From assembly GCA_964016885.1 (NCBI GenBank), contig OZ024743.1:221588001-221652000 (forward strand): DNA of 64,000 bases, given 5' to 3'. The position numbers and the translations under genes were made by a program. Origin of the DNA: Eledone cirrhosa. Its lineage: Eukaryota. How positions within the stretch are numbered: the stretch's first letter is position 1; every line of letters begins with the position of its first letter. The notes under the pieces are model-generated. The model ran no database searches. It saw nothing but the letters and a program-made list of their open reading frames with translations, and was not told the DNA's origin. Positions 54,917 through 64,000 of the stretch are shown here, piece after piece.

Positions 54917-56130
54917 AAGTAAATAACAAAGCAATGATATTAAGGATAGAATAAAAATATTTGTAAATATGATAATAAAAACAGCGACAATGATGATGAG
55001 GTTGTTGTTGTTGTTGTTGTTGTTGTTGATGCTGTTACTCTTGTTATTGTTGTTGTTGTTGTTGCTGTTACTCTTGTTATTGCTGTTGTTGTTGTTGTTG
55101 TTGATGCTGTTACTCTTGTTATTGTTGTTGTTGTTGTTGTTGATGATGCTGTTACTCTTGTTATTGTTGTTGTTGTTGTTGCTGTTACTCTTGTTATTGT
55201 TGTTGTTGTTGTTGTTGATGCTGTTACTCTTGTTATTGTTGTTGTTGTTGATGCTGTTACTCTTGTTATTGTTGTTGTTGTTGTTGTTGTTGTTACTCTT
55301 GTTATTGTTGTTGTTGTTGTTGCTGTTACTCTTGTTATTGTTGTTGTTGTTGTTGATGCTGTTACTCTTGTTATTGTTGTTGTTGTTGTTGTTGATGCTG
55401 TTACTCTTGTTATTGTTGTTGTTGTTGTTGTTGTTACTCTTGTTATTGTTGTTGTTGTTGTTGTTGCTGTTACTCTTGTTATTGTTGTTGTTGTTGTTGT
55501 TGCTGTTACTCTTGTTATTGTTGTTGTTGTTGTTGTTGTTGTTGTTACTCTTGTTATTGTTGTTGTTGTTGTCATAATAGCTTTTTAACCTTTTTGTTCA
55601 GCAAAACTTCAGATCTGCAGCTGTGTATTTTCGTTACACAATCATTGCATTTATAGATGATGTTAGTGGTGGTGGTGGTGGTAGTGGTGGTGGTGGTCGT
55701 GGTGGTGGTGGTGGTGATGGTGGTGGTAGTGATGTTAGTGGTGGTGGTGGTGGTGATGGTGGTGGTGACGTTAGTAGTGGTGGTGGTGGTGGTGGTAGTG
55801 ATGTTAGTGGTAGTGGTGGTGATGATTGTTGTGCTGCGGATGGTGCTGTGGATAGTGGTGGTGGTGGTGGTGGCGGTGGTGATGGATGGTGGCGATGTTA
55901 GTGGTGGTGGTGGTGGTGGTGGTGATGGTGGTGATGGATGGTGGTGATGGTGGTGATATTAGTGGTTGTGGTGGTTGTGATTGTGATGGTGGTGATGTTA
56001 GTGGTGGTGATGGTGGTGATGTTAGTGGTGGTGATGGTGGTGATGGATGGTGGGGATGTTAGTGGTGGTGATGGTGGTGATGGATGGTGGGGATGTTAGT
56101 GGTGTTGTTGGTGGCGGTTGTGGGTGTTGT
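52410..56130. repeat. Compound trinucleotide low-complexity field: (GGT/GAT)n, (TAG)n, (GAT)n and a (TTG)n-GCTGTTACTCTTGTTA minisatellite
   Basis: Read directly from the sequence. Confidence 0.95.
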
Positions 56131-56492
56131 GGTGTAGAAGATTGTGAGAACTCTATTGATTGTGACATTGATGAGGAGGTGAATCGTGATATTCCGATGA
56201 TGATCCGACGATGATCATAGAAATTATGAGAATGATGCTTACACGAGATAAGATAGGTCAAGTATATGGAATCATCACTGGAAGATATACGCTACTTAAG
56301 AATTCCAAATAGCTAAAGGGGTACGCTCCATTGGTTTAGCTTCTCCACTGCAACTGTTAGTCAGAAGTATGTGTGTAAAACACACACATACATACACAAA
56401 TAGAGATGATAGATACAAATATACATACAGCAACACATGCATACATATAATGGTATATATGTGTGCGCCTGTGTGTATGTGTTTCTATGTAT

Positions 56493-56601
56493 GAAGAAGA
56501 AGAAGAAGAAGAAGAAGAAGAAGAAGAAGAAGAAGAAGAAGAAGAAGAAGAAGAAGAAGAAGAAGAAGAAGAAGAAGAAGAAGAAGAAGAAGAAGAAGAA
56601 G

Positions 56602-56630
<29 letters not shown>
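56493..56630. repeat. Pure (GAA)n tract, ~46 units
   Basis: Read directly from the sequence. Confidence 0.97.
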
Positions 56631-56632
<2 letters not shown>

Positions 56633-56878
56633 CTCCAATCTCCCAAAATAGAAAGCTTAGAGGCTGGAGATTGGAGAGCTGGGAGCTGATGGAGACGATA
56701 AGGAGATAAGGAATGGCCGATGGCTAACGGAGATCACCGAATCTGAGACATTTACACTGATACGTTTAAAGGTTTACACACACATCACATAGAAGCACAC
56801 AGACACACACACACATATATATATATATATATTATCCTTATCGAGCCCTCTTCGGATTTTAGTCTTCACATTTATTAT

Positions 56879-56977
<99 letters not shown>

Positions 56978-57005
56978 TGTAATAAACAACATAAGGCAAT
57001 TATTC

Positions 57006-57059
57006 CATTTACCAGTGGTTTCTTAAAAGCAAAGAATTTTGCTTTCAATCATCAGAATG
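57006..57059 (-). ncRNA. Hammerhead ribozyme (left arm)
   Basis: CATT-CTGATGA-TTGAAAGCAAA-ATTC-TTTGCTTTTAA-GAAA-CCACTGG-TA-AATG. Confidence 0.85.
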
Positions 57060-57146
57060 AAAAAATCCTGGTCTATTTATTGAATTGGATTTTTAAAATT
57101 TAAAAATTTTTCAAATCCAATTCAATAAATAGACCAGGATTTTTTC

Positions 57147-57198
57147 ATTCTGATGATTGAAAGCAAAATTGTTTGCTTTTAAGAAACCACTGGTAAAT
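57147..57198 (+). ncRNA. Hammerhead ribozyme (right arm)
   Basis: ATT-CTGATGA, 11-bp stem II, GAAA-CCACTGGTA-AAT, with a GUA cleavage triplet. Confidence 0.85.
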
Positions 57199-57299
57199 AG
57201 AATAATTGCCTTATGTTGTTTATTACATAACTATTAAGCTCTGTTACCTACATAGAGCACTCTTTTTTCCTGGACTTTTCCGACGGAATTACTTCATTT

Positions 57300-57346
<47 letters not shown>

Positions 57347-57442
57347 AATACATATATATACATATATATATACATACGCACATAGTAATAATAATTACGA
57401 AGACCAAAATCCGAAGACGGCTCGAATATATATATGTATATA

Positions 57443-57625
57443 ATAATTGTTTCTACTTTAGGCACAAGGCCAGCAATTACCCTGTACATTACTGGTACTT
57501 TATTTTATCGATCCCGTAAGGATGAAAGGTAAAGTTAACCTCGGCAGCATTTGAACTCAAACCGTAAAGGGACGTAACTATGCTAGAAAGCATGGCGTCC
57601 AACCCTCTGCCTATACTGCCAATTC
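57443..57625 (-). mobile_element. SINE family A
   Basis: Family core and tail. Confidence 0.85.
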
Positions 57626-57837
57626 ACCTATGTATGTATATAATAATACAAGGACGAATGATTACTCTTTCATTACATTTATTGGTTGCTGACGCGCGTT
57701 TCGCTACCGATCAGCTCAAGGTTCGATCTCTATCGATTTGGCCCGACTCTGGAATCAAAAGCTCGTCGGACTTCTTTAGTAGTAATGTGTATATATATAT
57801 ATATATATATAGTATATATATATTAGTATATATATAT

Positions 57838-59416
<1,579 letters not shown>

Positions 59417-59530
59417 GTTAGAATATGTGTAATAAGGCCAAGACAATGCAGATATGGACATAGAAAAAAGAATGCAATAGTGAAAGATATTGATGTGAAT
59501 TCGTCTTTCACCTTGAATTTATTTAAATGT

Positions 59531-59565
59531 CCTTAATTTTCGAGATAATATCTCTTCTTCGGAGG
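59531..59565 (-). ncRNA. Minimal hammerhead ribozyme, CCGAAGA core variant
   Basis: CCT-CCGAAGA-A-GAGAT-ATT-ATCTC-GAAA-ATTA-AGG. Confidence 0.7.
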
Positions 59566-59966
59566 GAAGTAAAGGTCTCAGACCAGCGTCTTTAAATTTC
59601 TAATGAAGCCATGCTGACCGGAAATAGTATAGAGTATCCGTTCTAACTTTAATATCAAAGAATTAAAATTAGGTGGATAAAGAGTAGTCTCCCTTTAAGA
59701 GGGGTTTGTTTATGTTTTGTTTTTGTTTTTGTTGTGTTTTTTTAAATTTTATATGCGTGCCTGTATATGTGTGTGGGAGAAAGCATGGAGGTGTAGGTAT
59801 GTGGGTGTGTGTGTGTGAGTGTGGGAAGATAGGTCTAATCGTAAAAGTGGGGGGTGGGTGTTATCTGGTGTTAGAACTGGTTTTGTGTGTGTATGTGTGA
59901 GAGAGAATAAGTGGAGGTGTGCGCGTGCGTGTGTGTGGGGTGTGTAAAGTGGGGCTAGAGGCCCTA

Positions 59967-60923
59967 TCAGGTTATAAATTGGGTGTTGAGCTCTAGTCTA
60001 TTATTGATTGGTGGATGTGTTCTATCTATAATAAGTGCTTCCTTGATTCTAAGATTGCCGAGGTTTCTTTCCTTAGTTTCTATCCTAACTGTTATGTTTT
60101 TATCAGTGTTTTTACATTTAACTAGGTGTTTCTTAAATGAGGAAGCGTTAGTATTGAGGTGTTCTTTTATTCTTATGTGGAGTGGTCTGGTGGTGCTACC
60201 TACGTAGAAGTTGTTGCATTTGTCACACTCTAGTCTGTAAACTACGTAAGCCTGGTGGCATAGGTCTGTGTCGTTGATGGGGCAGTTGGCTAGTCTGCAG
60301 CAGTTGTCATGTCTGGTGGGGTGTCTCTTAGCTAGCCGTCCGCGCAAAGAAGGACCCGAATGGGCCAGTTGAATATCCAGACCTTCTCGTCTGATGGCTC
60401 TGCGGATGGCTGTTGTTGTTTCTTCACTGAAGTGTGGGAGCTTCAGGAAGCAAGTGTTAGTGCCTCGGGTGTGGTGTCCTCTGTTCTTTCTGGCACGGTT
60501 TGTGGTGGATGTCGTGTATCCGTTCAGTTTGAGTACTTCCAGGAAATGTGTGGTGTGTGTGTCTCGGTCTCTGGCGTCGGTGCATTTGTTCTTGATACGT
60601 GCCAGTTCGTTCTTTATGTATCCGAACTTGGCACCGAGTGGGAGGGCCGATCTGAAATGTACGAACAGGTCCCTGCTGGCGGATTTTTTTATAGAAGCAG
60701 GTGTGGATGTTGCCTTCCTCTGTTACCCTGAGTTGGAAGTCCAGCAGGGATAGGGATCCGCGGTCATCGGGGTGTTCTATGCTGAACTTTATACTGGCGT
60801 CCATGCTGGAGAATGTTGTGTATATTTTCTCTGCCTCCTCACGGGATGATGTAAGGATGAGTATGTCATCTACATATCGGGTGAAGAAGGCATGGGAATG
60901 GCAGGTGTTGAGGGCTCGGCATT
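59967..60923 (-). pseudogene. PLE RT and GIY-YIG remnant with a frameshift in an A7 run near 60690
   Basis: Removing one A restores FYKKSASRDLFVHFRSALP...YIKNELARI...LKLNGY. Confidence 0.85.
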
Positions 60924-61117
60924 CACGCATATAAAATTTAAAAAAACACAACAAAAACAAAAACAAAACATAAACAAACCCCTCTTAAAGGGAGACTACT
61001 CTTTATCCACCTAATTTTAATTCTTTGATATTAAAGTTAGAACAGATACTCTATACTATTTCCGGTCAGCATGGCTTCATTAGAAATTTAAAGACGCTGG
61101 TCTGAGACCTTTACTTC

Positions 61118-61152
61118 CCTCCGAAGAAGAGATATTATCTCGAAAATTAAGG
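61118..61152 (+). ncRNA. Minimal hammerhead ribozyme, CCGAAGA variant (inverted pseudo-LTR copy)
   Basis: Identical to 59531-59565 on the opposite strand. Confidence 0.7.
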
Positions 61153-61311
61153 ACATTTAAATAAATTCAAGGTGAAAGACGAATTCACATCAATATCTTT
61201 CACTATTGCATTCTTTTTTCTATGTCCATATCTGCATTGTCTTGGCCTTATTACACATATTCTAACGTTTATACCTCATTACACAATGCTTCAAGTGAAC
61301 TATAACCTCCC

Positions 61312-61401
<90 letters not shown>

Positions 61402-61497
61402 TATATACATAATTTGTTGGGGGTTTTTTCTAAAAACAATTTCCGTTTCTTCTTCTCATTCTCTATCTTTCTATTTTGTATTTTATTTCTCATTCTA

Positions 61498-61533
61498 TCT
61501 ACTGATGAAGGGCTAGTGTCCGAAAAGTTATGA
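61498..61533 (+). ncRNA. Degenerate hammerhead, homolog of 21532-21567
   Basis: CTGATGA-A-GGGC-TAGT-GTCC-GAAA-AGTTATGA. The flanks align with 21500-21640. Confidence 0.55.
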
Positions 61534-62031
61534 CTCTTTTCCTATTATTTCAAACATTAATCAAATATATTTCTTCATTGTATTGTGTCGTTCGCTTCCT
61601 TATTTATGTTTACCTTTTACATAGATATATCAATAAGTCAGAAAATTCGTAGTCGTTAGAAGGCTGGCTTGTTTGCTTTCCATTATTCGTTTCGACTAAA
61701 CTAGAGATGTAATGAAGACAATCTCTACAAATATGGAAAGACAGAAAGTAGAAGCAAGCCTTGTTTTCTGAGAGTTTTAAGAGTGACGGGATGTTATGAC
61801 AGACACATGCTGTGTGAGGTATCTGATTGGCGGGAATGTGGTGGTATCTATGGCGGCTGAATAGAGTATTTGTACACACATACCCACACACTCATACACA
61901 CATACATGCATGCATACATATGTACATATATGCATACATGCATTCATATATACATACACATACATATATGCCTAAATACGCACATGCATGCATGCGTACA
62001 TACATATGTACATATATACATACAGAAATGA

Positions 62032-62062
<31 letters not shown>

Positions 62063-62139
62063 CATACATACATACATACATACATACATACATACATACA
62101 TACATACATACATACATACATACATACATACATACGTAC

Positions 62140-62552
62140 GTGTATGATGGCTGCCAACTCGTTTTCGAGTACGGCTACTACTTTATATCCATGTAGGATA
62201 ACCCCTACCGATGCGCTGAACGAGTGTGAATTTTTAGTCCAGCCAGCGACTTGAAAACTCTGATACAAACACTTGCGACAATTATTGACACATAGTGCTG
62301 GGCCCATGGTACCATGTGACGACAAGTGCAGAGAGATCTCCAGATATAAAGCAATGCCTGTGCCGTGAAGCTTTTATAGTGAGCAAAGGCACTGCACAAA
62401 GCCATTCCCACTTTCTTAACCAAGATGATATTTACCAAAAAGAAGAACAAGTCAACATCATTGGATACCATCAGGGCTGCAGGTGTTATATCAGAGTTTT
62501 CCTTCTCCTAGAATTCTGCCTTGACAAAGGCTAAGGGGTCATCTCTCGCGGA
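62140..62552 (-). mobile_element. Bipartite non-autonomous RTE-derived element
   Basis: An RTE 5'-UTR-like motif CTAGGGAGAAGGAAAACTCTGA is joined to a C2H2-like remnant (CRKC..RVFKSLAGLKIHTRSAH) and a GCAGCCATCAT 3' end. Confidence 0.55.
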
Positions 62553-62639
62553 CATACATATATACATACATACATACATACATACATACATACATACATA
62601 CATACATACATACATACATACATACATACATACATACAT

Positions 62640-62698
62640 TAGAAACCGACTCTCTCTCTATTGGTAAAACTTTGTGAAATTATAAAACCAGAAGAACA
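62640..62698 (+). mobile_element. 59-bp 3' stub of the R4-like element in (CATA)n
   Basis: Reverse-complement match to 44240-44297, with CATA repeats on both sides. Confidence 0.8.
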
Positions 62699-63129
62699 CA
62701 TACATACATACATACATACATACATACATACATACATACATACATACATACATACATACATGTGCAGGCAAAGCTGTGAGATAAAGGAAACAGCTTCGCA
62801 GCAATCACGTGTTACTTTGGGCCAGTGGAAAGTGTCTTCTACTATAGCCTCGGGTTGACCAGTACCTTGAAAGTATAATTTGATCGTCAGCAACTGTGTG
62901 GAAACCCATTGTATATGTGTGTCTGTGTATGTGTTTACGTTTACTACTTGTTTGCATTTCTTAAATTAGCTGTGTCAGAAAAGGAAATTGATAGAATAAG
63001 TACTAGACATGGTGGTGCCCCAGCATCACAGGAGTCTAATGACTGAAGCAAGTAAAAGAATAAAGGAATAAAAGAATAAAAGAATACAATGTGTCTGGGT
63101 ATATAAGTATTTGTTGAAAATAGTTCTAA

Positions 63130-63792
63130 AATAGGCACAAGACCAACAATTTTGGGGAAGAAGAAAGCCAAATATATCAATCCCAGTACTTAACTGGTAT
63201 CCTATTTTATTGACCCCGAATGGATGAAAAGAAAAGTTGACTTTGGCGGGATTTGAACTCAGAGCGCAGGCAGCAAGAACGAATATTGCAAGGAATTCCA
63301 TCCGACGCTCAAATGACTCTGCCAATTCATCAAATTCGTTGCTTCTACTTTTGGCACAAGTCCAGCAATTATCCCAGTGTATTACTGGTGCTTTATTTTA
63401 TCGACCCCGTAAGGATGAAAGATAAAGTTAACTTCGGCGGGATTTGAACTCAGACCGTAAAGGGACGTAACTATGCTAGAATGGCGTCCAACACAGAACG
63501 TAAAGGACTATGACTCTATGCTACAAAGCATGGTGTCTGATGCTCTACCGATACTGCCAATCCACCATAATAATTAATTCTACTTTTGGTACAAGGCCTT
63601 CTACCGATCGTCAACAGATTCTGCCAATCCACTGCCCTAAGTAATTTATGTATTAATAATTATTTCTACTTTTGGCACAAGGCCAGCAATTAACCAGTAC
63701 ATTACTGGTACTTTATTTTATCGACAAAGAAAGGATGAAAGGCAAAGTTAACCTCGGCAGGATTTGAATTCAGATCAGAAAGGGGCGTAACT
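63130..63792 (-). mobile_element. Cluster of at least three family A SINEs and fragments
   Basis: Repeated TTTATCGAC..GGATGAAA..AAAGTTAAC..GGGATTTGAACTCAG motifs. Confidence 0.85.
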
Positions 63793-64000
63793 GTTATGTA
63801 TTAATAATGAATAATAACTGGTACAGCCAGTTGTTCAACTGCCACTCTAAACGTTTGACAGTGTATCCATCGTGGCATTTTAGAGTGCCTTAGAAATGTT
63901 TCTTCTACTCCTTCTTTGCCATCTTATTCCTGAGGGGGTCATGCGAGTAGAGTCGTCAAGCACGCCATCCAGCGGGTCCTGTCAAAAGCAAGATTTTCCA

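Larger units (their letters stand above)
56971..57300. mobile_element. PLE-derived fold-back element: ~264-bp near-perfect palindrome plus ~65-bp extension
   Basis: Arms 56971-57095 and 57110-57234, flanked by (TA)n, with a hammerhead in each arm. Confidence 0.85.

Noticed and set aside
52368-55947. Gly/Asp-rich, poly-Asp, poly-Leu and poly-Thr ORFs (e.g. biomineral or structural proteins)
   Set aside because: All are open in several frames because of trinucleotide repeats, with no signal peptide or clear splice structure. Transcript data would be needed to rescue 53955-54260.

Overview
This is eukaryotic, AT-rich, microsatellite-dense DNA. The SINE families and repeat landscape look like octopus/coleoid cephalopod, which is an inference from remembered repeat motifs. 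I could not support any host protein-coding exon, so the window reads as intergenic or intronic. It contains a young 5'-truncated Tx1/L1-type LINE with an open 961-aa ORF2, three Penelope-like element (PLE) relics with C-terminal GIY-YIG domains, and CR1-, RTE- and R4-type LINE fragments. It also holds Helitron relics, mariner- and hAT-type MITEs, many tRNA-derived SINEs, and about 16 kb of G/T-rich satellite, including a 43-bp array with higher-order structure. Two signals stand out. (1) About a dozen hammerhead-ribozyme (HHR) motifs lie in PLE relics and in short asymmetric fold-back elements embedded in (TA)n; they include CCGANGA core variants and one HHR apparently split by a ~510-nt loop II. 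(2) Retroelement clades appear to partition microsatellite targets: Tx1 in (TATC)n, R4-like in (CATA)n, PLEs in (TA)n. All pairings and alignments were made by eye, boundaries may be off by a few bases, and no searches were run.
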